64,000 nt of DNA from Phoronis australis (Eukaryota > Animalia > Phoronida): positions 1,866,516-1,930,515 of the forward strand of contig NMRA01000010.1 in NCBI GenBank assembly GCA_002633005.1, in the 5' to 3' direction. Below, one piece after another: positions 38,401 through 53,400 of this stretch (position 1 is its first letter; each line of letters starts with the position of its first letter). Position numbers and translations under genes: made by a program. Below the pieces are notes generated by a model, which was not told the origin of the DNA, did no database searches, and was given only the letters and a program-made list of their open reading frames with translations.

Positions 38401-41400
38401 AACACTTTCCACTCTAAGTCAAACCAATACAGCATAATTTGTCACCTTTCACAAACACATTTGTTGAAACACTTGGCAAGTTTCAGTTTCCAATTCCACA
38501 TAAAATTCAGTGGACTGAGTGGAAGTCCTTTGACTGTGTCTGAGCCTAGATTCGCTACCGTCAAATTAATTTATTCCAGTTTGAAATGGGCAATTTTGAC
38601 TATATCTAAATATCACATCACTGAAAGAGGGTTAAGCAGTAATAAAGGCTCTGCCACTGTCCATCACCTAACAGTAACACCGCTATGGTAATGACCTTTC
38701 TGTAATGGGTTATTCAAGGTTTCAACCAATCAGAACACCACCAAGCAATTTGGAGCAGAGCAGCAGTGGTCAATCGAAGGAACGAGTCTTCCAAACATCA
38801 TAATTGCCAACCTCCATTGAAAAAAACATCAACATCTTAAAACATTGTTAGCACTTTTTGTGAGAAGATTGGCAGAAGTCCTCGTGCAAGTGCTTACGTG
38901 ATGTATGACACTCTCAACGATCCTGCACTGGTCAGACATGTCCTCCACCATGGTCACCATGCTGTTGTCCACAGCTCGCACCAGAGTCGGGCCGAACACG
39001 ATGGCTAGGTTACGTGAGTCCATCTACAATTCAGGACAGTAGAACACCATAGAGAGATCCTGACAAGGAAGGCAAGGTGGGAATATAACTGCAGTACTAA
39101 CAGCTCTGTAACCGGTTTCATGAAACAGTCCCAAATACGGACTTTATTATGCTCTCCTCTTTAACAAAATGACATCTTCTAACGTTATAATTAAAAACGA
39201 GCCCTTAGAAAACATATACTGCACAGCACCAGACAGTCTTAAATCGAGCATTATTTGGTGTAACACAGCTCAGGCATACCTTGTTGATGTGTGAGTGCGA
39301 GGCCACCTTGTGGAGATGATTAGCCAGGTATTTAAAGGTGTCGTAGTTGTAATCAGGCAGGTCATGTATGAGTCTCTTCAGGGACAGCATACGCCTCTCG
39401 GGGTCCTTGTTACGGTTAGCCTTGATAAACGACTGATATAGCTCTGCAATTAAGTGACAAAACGACTGGTATAGCTCTGCAATTAAAAGTGACAGATTGT
39501 GAAAAAAATTCTTTCAACCTTCTGTCGTACAAGACATACCAAGGCAACCAGTTCATTACAACGAAAAGAAACCAAAACATGGCAAAATTTCCTTTGATAG
39601 TTAACATTCATGACAAAATCTCAAAAACGTTGCAACAGTTTTCTTAAATATAATATATTGCTTTCTCATGAATTCGACAATCAAACATTTAGTTAGCCTA
39701 ATTTGAACATTATCCTATCCTCCCACACAACCTTGATTTACAGACTATTAGCTGCACAACATCCCATGGCCATCTTCACACCTTGGCGGCCGTTTCCATG
39801 TCAAAACATTTTCCCCTCACCTTCAGTTATGAGTGGATCAGGCAGTTTCCTGAAGAAGCACTTTAACAAACTTCCCACCACGTTTATGTCCAACCATTTC
39901 TCATTCTCGCCGTTGATAATACCCTGAGGAGGACGAGAGACAATGTGAGCTAGCTGCACAAAGATCAACACAGAGGTTACCACCAGGTGGTGCTCAACAA
40001 TGGACTGTAATCCCTTTACAACAACACAGGAGGATTAGTAACGGAAATTACACAGAAGTTCTAGTTTAGTTGGACAAGGAGTAAACACAGTGTATTCATA
40101 TAACTCCAGCTAACCAGGTTAAGAAATCTAGTTACAAACTCAATTCATTTACCACAGTTCCTTAGAAGCCTGTCAGAGGTCACCATACCATGACCAGCCT
40201 ACCAAAATTTCCCTTGCTTGACGTCAATCAACAGCATGTTCACAGCCATAATATACAATGGCACAACCACCCTAACTGTGACTATCACCCAGCATATCCC
40301 ACAAATATCGCAACATATTCAGCACAGCACAAAATACCTTCTCATCTCCCAACATCCTTCTATTGCTTCAATCTCAAACCCACCTTCCGCCATGAGTGTA
40401 TTCACTATGGCCATGTTGCCCACCCAAAGTATACACTCATACCCAACCTATCCCACACACTCACCTTGTTCAGTTCCTCCTGTAGTGTGTTCACCGCTGC
40501 AGTGTTGCCAGGCACGCGATATATCCCAATCACCTCCAGCCCTCTCGCCTCAACGATACTACAGCACATCTCCACTACCAATGGCACTAGTTCATTCTCA
40601 GTGGAGGGTATACAGTCCTCCAGGGGTACGCTGAATGCACCCGTGGGGGCAGGGGGAGCACTGTCCGTCTCCGTGATGGTGGAGCCAGACGACGATGTCT
40701 GAAGTCGCTTGATGCTCTTGCCAAGTTTGCCGCGCCAGGTTTTTGTTTTCTCCTCTTTACCTTCCTTAAGAGGACCATCTGAAAACAGACATCAAAGACC
40801 TGAATGAAACTGTGCACACTTCTCAACAACGAAGGATGGTAGATTGAGTTTATTCGAACCAAACAATGAGAAAACGAGGACCTAGGATTTTTTGAAGTGG
40901 CAAGAACGTTAAAAATATTTTAGGAAGCATCTCCACCAATCTGTGCTCAATGAGAATTATTGAAGCATTTCCCCTCAAAATCTGATCAGCGAAAATTGTT
41001 TTCTACAGTCAGCAAAAGAATAAAACATCACTACAAGAACGTGTCCTGAATGGCTCATAACAGAGCAATTAACTTCCTGGCCCTGTGAGAAATTGTTACT
41101 GAATTCTTTTACGGTTAACTTAAAATACAACTTAATAGCATGGTCTCAATTCAAAGCCAGATCATATCACTGTTTAATGCTAATGTTTGAGTAACCGATT
41201 CAACACTATGAGTGATTCGTGGCCATGTCAGGAGAGCATTCAGTAGATCTCGCAGAATTAAGAGAGTGAATGGCGTGCATTTCATGAGTATGCTTGGTAG
41301 CTTACTGAGATTTACTAGCAAAATGGCGGCCACTGAAGTGATTGGTTAGTGAGGTTGGAGTGTTGAATTATGGGATTTTTGACACAAGCGTAAGCTATTG

Positions 41401-44400
41401 TCCTGCACTGTATGGAACATCACCCTCCCTGTATTGTTACAAAATGTAAATAAACAGGAAATGAACGCTGCTTGGCACCCAGTGAATCCGAGATGTACGT
41501 GACTAGACCATACAAACCTCCTTAGGTTCCAAAATGTCATGTCACAAGCACAAGTGCACAAATACCGGTATGCAGACAACTAGTGCCACCTACCATCGCT
41601 CTTCCGGTGTTTGACGTTGGGCGAGTTGCTAGCGCCAGGTGATCCTCGTCGGAAAGACAGCGACGGCATCTTCTTCATGCTCTTACTGGCTGGTGGCTGT
41701 GTGGGGGTCTTGACGCTGTGTTCCACCTGCGCAGTCTTGCGCAGGATCAGCTCTGTACTGACCACTCCCTGATCCTAGACAGACAAATGAGTAGATGGAG
41801 TTTCAGAGCCAAAGTGGCAGAGCACTTCTGCTTGAACTAGCCGGATGTCTTTAAACCTTGTCCAGTACCATCTTCAGAAAATGTGGAGTCAATCACTAAA
41901 CCTGGTATTTCATATGCCCTATCCCCTTGTCAACCTTACATCCAGAGTTACTACTCGTTTCTATGGCAACATAAGTAACGTTGTCTCCATGGCTACATTA
42001 AACTACAAAAAAACTTGGTGTTTTGTCCTTTTGGTAATTTTTTCAATTCTGCTTGTATAGCAGTTTTGTCTGAGCAAAATACACTAAACGGTATTACACA
42101 CGTTTCACTGCTATTTCGTAGCCGACATTATCTTGATATTAGGTGGAAGCCATTGAGTTTTTTAACCAGACACGTTAGCACTGAAAACTTTACAATTATT
42201 CCAAGTACTAAACAGTGTGTAGCAGTTGTTCTGGGATTGCACACTACACCTACTTCAGTTGAAATTTGACTTTCAAACTGACACCACACGGGGCTTAATA
42301 CGTAAATTTCATCTGCCCTTTCCCTCTACAATCCTTACATCATCGTCCGGGTTGTTATTGGTCTGTATGGCGTTGATCCAGCCAATCATGTCCTCATGGT
42401 CATCCGCCTGGAACAAGTACTCGCTGCCGTTGAATGTGGTCAGACGGAACACATGCTTCTTCTTGGTGTAGTCGTAGGCGATGTCCACGATGCTGGACTT
42501 CACTGACAGGGGGTGCTCCTCAGTCACACCAGGAACCTGAAGAAGAACGGAAAAATAAAGGCTGAGTAAAAAAGTTTAAGACCTGAAAATACAGATTGAA
42601 CCAAAAAGTGAAGACATGAAAATACAGGCAACATACGCAGTGAATACATATTGTTTTATGAAAAGGACATTTTGTACACTTAGCTACAATTTGGGAATTA
42701 CTTACAGAAACCATGTTTTTTTAGCACTGAAATCATTCAGTTAACTTGGACATCCCGAGAGGGCACCACCTTGAGACTACTGTAATGCAGGTCTGCAGGA
42801 TGGTTGGAATTATAACAGTCAAATGATGACAGATGATTATAGTTTGTGAAATCACTGTTGTTCTAGGATACCAGTAGAGCTCAAAAAAAGCAAATGATGA
42901 TGAAGAAGAATCTCCTTCATTTTTGTTTTTCTTCAAAGAAATTTCATAAAATGATATTCCCTTTTTCAACTGATAATGTATTCTAAGTTAGTTATGAAAT
43001 GCCAGACTACAAACAGTCAGCATAATAATCAACAGAGGAAAATATACTCTCGACTACTGGTGGCACTTACATAGGTGGGGTCCTTGCGATCTCTGAAGAG
43101 GTAGAGGGCGTGACCCCGCAGGGCCGCCCACATCGGCCGCCACGAACGGTCGCTGGCACGTTTGCCATCAGCAACAGCCAGCTTACATTGCAGGATACCC
43201 TCTCGACCTACATCCTGACCAGGTGGGCTGAGGGGCGGGTCCGAGCCGGAGGAGCTGCTGGCTATAGATGGCTTTCGGTCAGTGGCCTCCAGGATACGTG
43301 GGGTCTACAAAAAAAGTGGGACACCTAATTGACATAAAATGATCTGATTGGCCAAAAATCACATGCTCAAAATACGAGATCAATGGTTGTGTTCGGAGGA
43401 ACACACCATGAGCGGCCACACATCACATTGTTTGGCTCCCATCACAGTAACACAGTAGCATGATCAGATTAACTATTTTGCCTGTAGAATGTCCAGGGAA
43501 GTTTCATACAGTTTGATCAAAATCACCAATTAATTGACTTCAAATACTTTTCAAATACACTTGCGCAAAACCTAAGGTAAAATCAACTTATCCAAAAAAG
43601 CAGGAAAAACATAACTCACCTTTTCACCAAAGAAATGCTTGAGTTTCTTAATATTGGAAGCTGCCTTCGGTTGAGGAGTTATAAACCTGTAAATGAAATA
43701 AAACATTCACCTATTGCCATCCTAATCCATCACCGTTTCATCAGTAATTCATATTTTTTGGGCGTTCTAGAGTGTAAAGGTGAGCAAGAACATAAAACAA
43801 CCGGCTTCATTTTTATCGCTATCTTTTGGCACTTAAGGTTATGAAGGTCCGTTAAAAAAGCCAAATTTTCCACTTTTGCTTGAGGGGAAAGACACGGTCA
43901 CAAGACAATGGTGGTTGTATTTAGGCATTAAGATAACCACAACATTCCACAGGCTTACTAATTTTAGAAAATAAACACGTCAGACTTTTACTGAATTAAA
44001 CCCTTGAGTTCTGTTGACATTTGGTTAAATGCAGACTCATCGACAAGGTCCTAAGTAACCTTAACTTCACCAAGTTACTGAAGTTTGCTGAAACTAAATC
44101 AACTTGACTGCACAAAGCAGAGTTGGCCAGAATGATGTGGAATGGATAGCTATACATTAGGCATATTGTAACTCAGTGTGACAGCAGCAAGTTTTAAAAT
44201 TTCAGGAATGACCGAGCCTTTTATTCAAAGAGAAATAAAAACTGAATATGAATAAAACTACTGTGTACATTTAAAGAAAAAGAAAATCCAATTTACTCCC
44301 GGAGTTATTCAAAATTGACGGTTAACATTCGAGGTTCTAGTGCACCCTCTTCAATTTGAACCAAAAAGAAATTTCCCCAAACTGCTATTGGAGAGCAATA

Positions 44401-47400
44401 TCCAAGATGGAAATACTGGTCTACTGATCTGAAGAATTCAGTTTTAGCACTGACCACAGTGTGGCAGTAGTTTGCAATGACACTTGAACACACAAAAGCT
44501 CCAATGAGTGGAAATAACAGACTTACTGATCGGAAGTCGCGGGGACTTCGGGGATGGTCTCAGGGGGTGGTGGCTGAACAGGCACGCGATCGTGGCTTGT
44601 TGCCATGAGATACGACGTCCGGCGGACCACTTTGTTGCCCGACACGTCTGAAATAAAGTAGCAATTGATGCACTTTGACCTAGTTCTGTGACCAGTCAGA
44701 CAGTAACATTTGCGGCTACTTGTCTACAACAAAGTTCCTTTACCCTTTGTATGACAACTGAGCTCAAAACCTTTCAAGACGAAAACTAATACTGATCGGT
44801 AATTAGATTTTGTAACCCTTCTTAAAATATACAATGGCCAGTGATGAACGTTTAAGTATAATTTTGCATGGTTATAAAAAACCGAACTGTGAAACCGGCA
44901 AGTTAACACTTGTTGTTTTTCATCAGTTATACTGTGGTCACAATTGAGCTAAGGGGTGTTATTTTTAAGCCTGTTATTCTTATCTTACTTTGAAGTTGGC
45001 CATTTTGACTAGCAGGCATAGCACTCGATATAACTTTAAATGCCTAGCAATTATTCAGTTTAGAATCTCAATTGACAAAACGTACTAGTCAACTGTAACA
45101 AAAATCTATAGTATAAAATGCAGACTCTTTAAGGGCACACCACCTGAAAAAGTTTAGGCACCACATTAAAATGTCAACAGACACATTAAAAAATAAGCAG
45201 TGGAAATCATTAAGTAGCTGATTGGTTAAGACCATCTTATGACAACAAAGTTGTACTAGGACTAAGGTGTGTCAGTTTGTCGTACATCTGGTATGAGTAG
45301 TCATGTACATTGAGGAAGGCAGAGTACAGCTGACAAGTCACACGACTACTGTGTTATGATGGATATTATACACAATTGTGGGTCATTACACTACTGTAGA
45401 CAGTACCTCAAACCAGAGTCGTATATGGAGAACGCTCTTCAGTATAGCACACAACATGGTAGACAAATACAACATATTTTGGTTAGTAATGAACAGCTTT
45501 CATAAAGCATGACATGAGATAAAATCCCTACATGTCATTGGCTTTTGTTATATGGAGAAACTTCTACTCCAGCAATTATTTTCTGTGCAAAATTCAAACA
45601 AGTCTACCATACACAGTGGTTACACGTTTTTTTCCATCAAAGATTGTCTCAAGCTGGCATTGAACAAGTGTACTGCCTAACGATACGTGATATGTGACGC
45701 TGCCATGTGATACGTGAAATAATGACACCACGTGATATGTGAAATAACGAAACAGACACAGCAAGTCAGTAAGATGTCACCCATTTAACACAAAATATAG
45801 CAGACAAGTTACAGTTAATTTTTGCCATAATTCTCAACAAACTAAGATTTTTGAAATACAGAAATCTTGGTTATTATTTTTATGCAAAATAAGTAAGGAA
45901 CTACCAAACCAGGGTTCCTGTACATGCCACACAAAACACATCACCAACTTTGGGGTGGTAATTTGAGCAGAACATCCCCACAAGCAGCTGTTACCAACTA
46001 TTATGCGGAAAGTTAGTTGAAAAAAGCACAAAAATTCTGTCAATTGTCAATAAAACACCGACTGCACTTTCAGCTGTTGTCTCGAAGCAGGGGTGAATCA
46101 CAGCTGGGAACACTTGGAGATGACAAACTGGCAAGGGATTATGATAGCTTAGTGTGAACTTTAACGAGGGCACAAAGCAGGTAAAATGGAAGGAGGGAAA
46201 CGCAACTGAGGTCACACAATCACACTGCTTCAGTGTTCTCGCCAAGCTTTTTGAGCATGCCCATTTTTTTATTAAAATTATTACCCAACGAAGATCTAAT
46301 TAATTACAAAAACACAGAAAAAGGCAGTCTCCCCTCTTTGGATTTTAACTGAACATTACAACAGTGAAAATTCCGTCGTCGTTGACACCGCAGTAAACTT
46401 TAATCCCCATGGGAACACTGAAGTGGTTAAAACAATCATAGCGACGGACGATTCAACCTTGGTGAATTATGACATTGAAAGGGTAGAGACAGTGGATCAT
46501 GGTTAATTCATGATCATGCAGAAAGACAATAATCAAACAATTTCATCAAGAGTCGACACATGGAAACTCATTTTTTCCATCCAAAAAGTGGTAAATACCT
46601 GCAGAAATTCACCCGTCAGGGGTCGAAAATTTCTGGAGGTATTTAACACTTTCTGGATGGAAAAAAATGGAATCAGCTGACACACAACCATTTTGAATAC
46701 TATTTAACATCATCACATTCTTCGTTGTCAATGATCAGCAGTTTCAGAGAAGCAGCACGTAACATGACCCTTTGCATTGTGGGAATTAAAACCTGTGAAG
46801 TGATCACATGACTGTTATGTGACAATCCCACGGTTTTGTTTCAGCTGCCATCTTGGGTCTGTTAAAGAAGACAGGTTAACCGCTATTTGCATAAATTTCT
46901 AAAAACAACTGGTCAGGTGTTATAGGTGGTCAGCTCTACTTTGTTCAGTGAATCTAGTTCTCAGTTTCAAATGAGTAATTGGTGAAGAAATGCAATTACG
47001 AGCAAGTGATGGCATTATGTTGGAACTAGATTTTAATGTGTTTGGATAAGAACAACAGGTAACAAGGCTGAGGTTGTAATAAGCCACCATCAAAAGCTAA
47101 CACCAAATTCGTAAAACTAAACAAGCCTACGCAAGAGACACTTTCTGAAAATTCGAAAATATACTTTTGATTTAGGGCACATTATGCAATAAATTTGGTC
47201 AGATCAGAGACAATTTCTGAGCTTAGGAACAACTAACAGCTTGTTATTGCTCGAGTTCAAGTTCGATAAGTTAGCTTGTTACAGCAGGTCACGCGATGAG
47301 CCGAGTTTAGTCTCGAACATTAGAGAACTGTCACTTCTTCCCATGGCAGAAATTATTCCTAATCTAAGAAAGGATCAAGTCGAGACCAGTGGCGCCCTCA

Positions 47401-50400
47401 GTGCGTCTATAGCTGTTTTAATAACATAGGAAAGGAAAGGCTTAGTTTACAGGGGGTCCTTGCAGCTATGGGTTCTGGCCATGTCAGCCTTGTTTTAGCA
47501 TTCAGATACAGATTCTATGCACCATAAATACTTGCGTATTAGACCACCTTGCGTGCACAACAACTTAGATTAGATCAAGTCATTGTATCAATTAAAAAGT
47601 CGGGTCCATTCTTTTAGTGTGGGTTGAGCGTAATGCAAGAAGCAGCGTCAACTTTAAATTTCCGTGTTTTCAATCTGATTAAATTCTCTTATTACATCCT
47701 GCCCAGCAAATTTCCTGGTCTTCATTCGCAAGTATTTACGATAAGAGGCTAGGAACAACGTTCAAGCACGGGACAGACAACATGAGTAGCCGCAAGCAGG
47801 AATGATCACCTGTTAGTTCTATGGCGTTGACGTCGGGGGCAACGGTCGAGACGACCGGGTCGCCTGAAAGGAAATCACATGCAAGACTACGTGTTGAAGC
47901 GGGGCGGTTGGATATCCTGTATACATTCCAGCAAATTATTACGGGAACTCTGATTTCAATTTACCAGTGACAGGTTCCGGTAATGGACGGAGGATTTATT
48001 GTTGAATCTAACTTCATAAGACCAGAGGATTTCATATCTGTTGAATGCTGTGATAAAAATAACTCGTTTACTGGATAATTAACCCTAACGAAGCACAACC
48101 CTAACGAAGCACATCGAGACCACCCTAAGTGAATTGCAGGGTGCAATAACTGGTAGCCAATTTTCTGTTACACAGACCCGGCTGAGCAAATGACAGCAAA
48201 AAATTGATTTAAAATTCGAATCACGTGAACACAACTTATGGCAACTGGTTGTCCAACAAACTGTTAAATTTGTGTTCGTGATTCCGGAAAGCACCACTTG
48301 GAGTAGGATGAGTGAAACTTTCACTAAAGACAATATCATTGATTAGTAGATCAAATGAACTGGAATAACCGGTCACGCAGAACCAGGATAAAGTTGAGTT
48401 AACATCGCGGAACACGTAACAAAACACCGGGAGTTAACAGAACAAACAGGGGAAACATGCTCATATGAAACAAACACCAAGTCAACAAAACAGTAAGATG
48501 ATATTAGGCATGTCCTGAAAACGCACAACACCACTCTCGTGCTAAGGCATTTACCCACAATGCAAAACAAGTCAAGCATTTATTCCATTGTAATACGGCC
48601 AAACTTGGTATTTTGATTTGTAAGAAATTGGTAAAAAGTACAAACACCATACCTAGGTGTACACCGTCTTGTTCTATTTTTGTTTACAAACTCAAAAAAG
48701 TCTGACATAGTGGGTCGGTCACGCAATGCATTTTTTTACCTCCACGAAAACGGAGAGTTCAATTCAGGACGGGCCTACACTGAAGTCCAGTACCGAGTTA
48801 TCATATTTTCGAATGTTACAATAAACAACTTGTCCACAATTTGATACGCTCTCAGTTTTGTTTGAAGACGAACTAAACCATTCCGTGGTCATCATTACAT
48901 CAACTGCCTTACCAGGCTCTTTGTTTCGCCTGACTACTGCATCACTGTCCGGAGGTGACGGGCTGACCGGTGCTGTGTCCTCGCTGCTCGTCACTGACTG
49001 ATCGTCTGGAGAGCCAGTGGTCAGCAGAGCTGTAATGGCAGGATGACCAAAGGTCAACAAGGCAATGGACAAGTCAGAACAATATGACAATGGTAAGAGT
49101 TGGCCCATTGATGAATGCAACATACAAAATCGGCTGCTTTAACTTATTTGTTTGAATTAAGGTACGGAACATTCAAATTGAGCGAGTGAGAGTTTAGCAG
49201 AATTTGAGTACGTACATAAAAACATTTAATGCACTGTTTAACCAACACTTTCAAAGACTCTAAAACACGTGGTTAAAAGGTATCACATAACCATTCACCC
49301 GAGTGGATTTTCTAAGATTGAAGAAAATACAATGCAGAGCAGTACCGCAGGAACACGTAAAAGTGCGTTACCTAAACTGTCAAACATATCAGACATGGGT
49401 TACATGAACTCTCAAACCTGAGAATCCTCGAAGCAACCAAGACTTCACAAATCAATAACAGCAGACACGGCACAAATCCCATTACGTTGTCACGTGACTA
49501 ATTGACATAAGCGCAAAACATGCTTGGACGAAAAAGACAAACCTGCTTTCTTCATGGCATCCGAGAACGTGATAGACTTGTTCCGTGTCCGGCCAAATGA
49601 GCGCGGCAGCGTGCTGCGATACAGGGACTGTCTAGAGTACAAGCTGGTAGAGGGCGCTGGAATACATGCGGGTTGTTTTAAAAGCAGAAGCACCAGGCGT
49701 GACACTAACCAGGATAGTGAACATTGTCAAAAGAATTTGACAATCTCCAAGCCAAAACATGCAACAGGCAGAAGCTTTGGGATAGACTTCAGAAATCACG
49801 AAGGGGCATATTTACAACTGTGGCCATTTGCATATCATATTAATAGGCACATTATCATGCAACTTCCCTACTACTGGTTCTTCACATATTTATTTTCAGA
49901 CATGAGGGCTCTGTCTTCAGATATATTATTAGAATATATCACAAATAAAAGCAGAGCTCCTTACTGAATGCTCTTCCAAGACAAAGAGATTTTTAGTTTA
50001 ACCACAATTTGTACAGGGCGTACACATAGTGGCGCCACCTTAGGTTGACGCAACAGGAACAAGAAAGTCTGATTACACCTTGGGGACCAACCGCAGTTTC
50101 ACTTTGAGGAACAGTGAGTATGGAAAATCGATTTCATCAAGCACAGGGAGAGACTATTCATTGACCAACAGAGGGCAGGCAGTTAGTAGATGTACAGTAA
50201 CACCTACAGAAGTCAGATGCACGCAAGTTGGATGTCCGCTTGTTTCTGACTAAGTTCTACGGTATATCTATTTTAATTCATACGTTTGATCATTCAAATA
50301 CGTCAGATTTCATCACACTCCGATAAAATCTCTGTTCGGATGGATCTGACTTATGCAAGTTTGAGTTTTTTGTTTTATCATACGGCTGTTACGTTTTGGT

Positions 50401-53400
50401 AACCTGTTTTGCGAGAAGCATTTAAGAAAACACCTTGAATTGTACGTCGTGTAATATTACGCTAAAAACCCAATGATTTTACTTAAATTAACTAAAAGAG
50501 TAAAACGATTGGTCACTAACACTTATGGAGACAATAAACCCACGGCATCTGTCAATAAACAATTTTGTTGATTTAGGCCACTCACCTTTACAAAATAGGT
50601 ATCACCTTGTTATTTATCGGTATTAGAAATAATTACTAGAGTTGAGAAGAAATGACAGCTCGCTAGTCACAGAGGGTTAGTTTCAGAAGCCGAGGCATAA
50701 AGGACATAAGATAGACTTTCAGGCAATTTATCGTAACCAATTACAATTCAAGGAATTAGACGGCTTTGATAAGGAAGAGTACATACTATACTCCGACGAT
50801 GAAAGTTGTTTTTGATCCTAGAACATGGCTTACAGAGGATTTAATAGCTTTAAATTAGTCAATGTTTGATGAAATTTGCGAACATGTAGGATTATTCAGG
50901 GAAAACTGAAGCCGGAAAGCATGCTTAAGATAAAAGTACAGCCAAGCCCTTGACAAGATTAGATAAAAAATCAGCACGGCGAATATTTACCTTTAGATGA
51001 AGGCGAGTTCATGGCCGTTAAGTAGGAAGGTTGACGGAATGGTTTCAAGCCCTTGCGGTGCTCCTCATTGCCAGAGGATTCTGGAGTATAATAGACGTTC
51101 CTATTCAAATTCGTTTCTCCATCTTTAGATGGCGACGTGTCAGAGTCGTCAGCATAACTGTCAGACGATAAAAAGCTAGTTGTTAATACAGCCGACCTCT
51201 CTCTGGCTGTTGTCGAGTCACTGATACTCAAGTCTTTGGTTTTGTAGTACACGTTAGAGGGCGACGATGTAACAGCAACTGTCGGTTCGCTATCACGCTT
51301 CCGTCGAATGGCAATAGACAGGTGCTTGGGATCCTCAAAATCTATATGGTGGCCATCGGGTGTAGACACACTGGCTTTCAGACGCACACTCTCACTAGAT
51401 GATGCCGCGGGTGCAGAACTCAGGACAGACGAGATCTGCACCGCACCACCACTACTGTGACTATCGATAGGTGGCGCAGCTGACATAACATCTACTGTGC
51501 GCGGTGACTCATTGAATCTCAATGAATAGGTGAGAGTATTCTGGGAATAGCCACATCCGGCAGAGGACATTAGACTATGACCCGATGGGACCACGTGATC
51601 TGGCGATAGGCCGTGTCGCACAGTGACCATGGGGCGGTTGCTCGCAATCTGCGAGTCACTGCGGCTCTTCTGGTATTTCTTCTGCAACACGCGCACATGT
51701 GGCTTCGGTACCTCGAAGCGTTCCTTATATGCTGGCAGAAAGCGAACACCTGTTGTCGACACGGTGCTTGTCGTCGTGTCCAAGTGTTCACCCGTGTCTA
51801 TATAGGTGGCACTAGTGTATGTTGGCACAACGGAGGATATGCTTACACTACTACTTGTTACTGTTATAGCGATTGACGACGTGCTGTAATGAGGCAAAGC
51901 CATCTCTGAAGTCTGATTCGTCGAAAGGGCGGGGCCATATCGACCCCCTCTATTGTTGGACGCGCTATTCTGGTCCACATCTCCTACCAGACCTGGAGTT
52001 GTCCGTGACTTACGATAGCCAGTCACAGATCTCTGAGCATCTGCTTTCATGTCACTTATCACAGCCTCCATCCCTTCGCTAGGAAATGAACGGAACGACG
52101 CGCCGTCAGGCTGATCGTAGCCCCTGTGTGTGGACAGGTGAGAGATCACGGTATTCTGTGGCTGTTGGCTGTATGTTAAGCGTGGCTCAGTTTTCTCCAA
52201 GCCGACTGACTTAGCAGTGATCCAAAGGGGCGCGTTAGTGCCACGCAAATTATTTTCCTGAGATAGTGTGTGAGCATTGACTTGAATGATTCCAGAGGAC
52301 GACTGGCGGCTAGTGTGATACAACTGTTCTTGTGGACCACTTTCTCCACCAATGGCCGCATACGCTGACCCTCTAGTAGTGTTACTGTTGAGAGTGTGAC
52401 GAGGTTCACGGACTATATACCCAGACGATCCATGACTACTCAGACTACTCGTTGACCCTGCTGTTTCGGTGTTGCCGTAGAGACTGTTGGCGACGGCAAC
52501 AAAGTCTCTGGAATTACGAGGCTCTGGCCTGACCCGATTTACTTCACTTGTATACGCGTGCGGCCCATTCTGACTGGGCGAAGTCCGCTTTGCACTAAAA
52601 TCTCGAGACTCACCACTCGAATACCATCCACTATTTGCCTCCTTTTTCTGAAGGTATGTTTTGGATGGAATGGCTGGTGGTACGTTCACGTAGTCTGACT
52701 CTGGAGCCGAAAAAGTACTGATTTTCCTGGTTGGTGACTCTTTGAAATGCGACCGTTCGCCAACACTAGGTGGAGCTTCTACTGAAGTGACGGGATGTCT
52801 TGACGGTGTCGGTGATGTCTGCAACGCTGCATATGAGGCTGTCTGCATGCGAGTCAGACGAGAGATATGCGGAGGGGGCGGGATCTCGCCTGGCTGGCCA
52901 TGTTGAGCTTCTCGACTCTGGTTATTGGCAGCATTCTGATAGGTCTGCAAAGTAATGACAAGACATGTGAAAGGTAGAGACATGCTTTAGTTCCAATAAT
53001 ATCGCAGTTTAGTTTTAACAGGTCCACATCCCCATGATGTCATTATTGCCTTGAATTTTAGAATTGACAATTACCTCAAATAGTTTTTTCACTCCTGCAG
53101 TAAAAAAACTGTAATTGCCATACTTTTTCAAAAGTAAAATATAGTTCAAACCCAACTGATTTGTGTCGCTAAGTATTTCCACTTTTTATCATACAAATTA
53201 ACTGTCCATAGTCAAACCATAAAATATTACGATTTTTAATTCTCTATGACAGCAGAAAATCGAGCCCAAACCTCAAAAAGGAAGATTATGTAAGCAACAT
53301 TACTCCAATGGTAGCATGGCTTGCATTATACAAATATCATAAAACACACCTGGACCCATAACCAAACTTAGCAAAAGAGCCAGCTAAAAATTAACCAATT

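Noticed and set aside
45309-45329. 21-nt frame-preserving microexon candidate on the minus strand
   Set aside because: Weak polypyrimidine tract and weak donor (gtacat); expected by chance.
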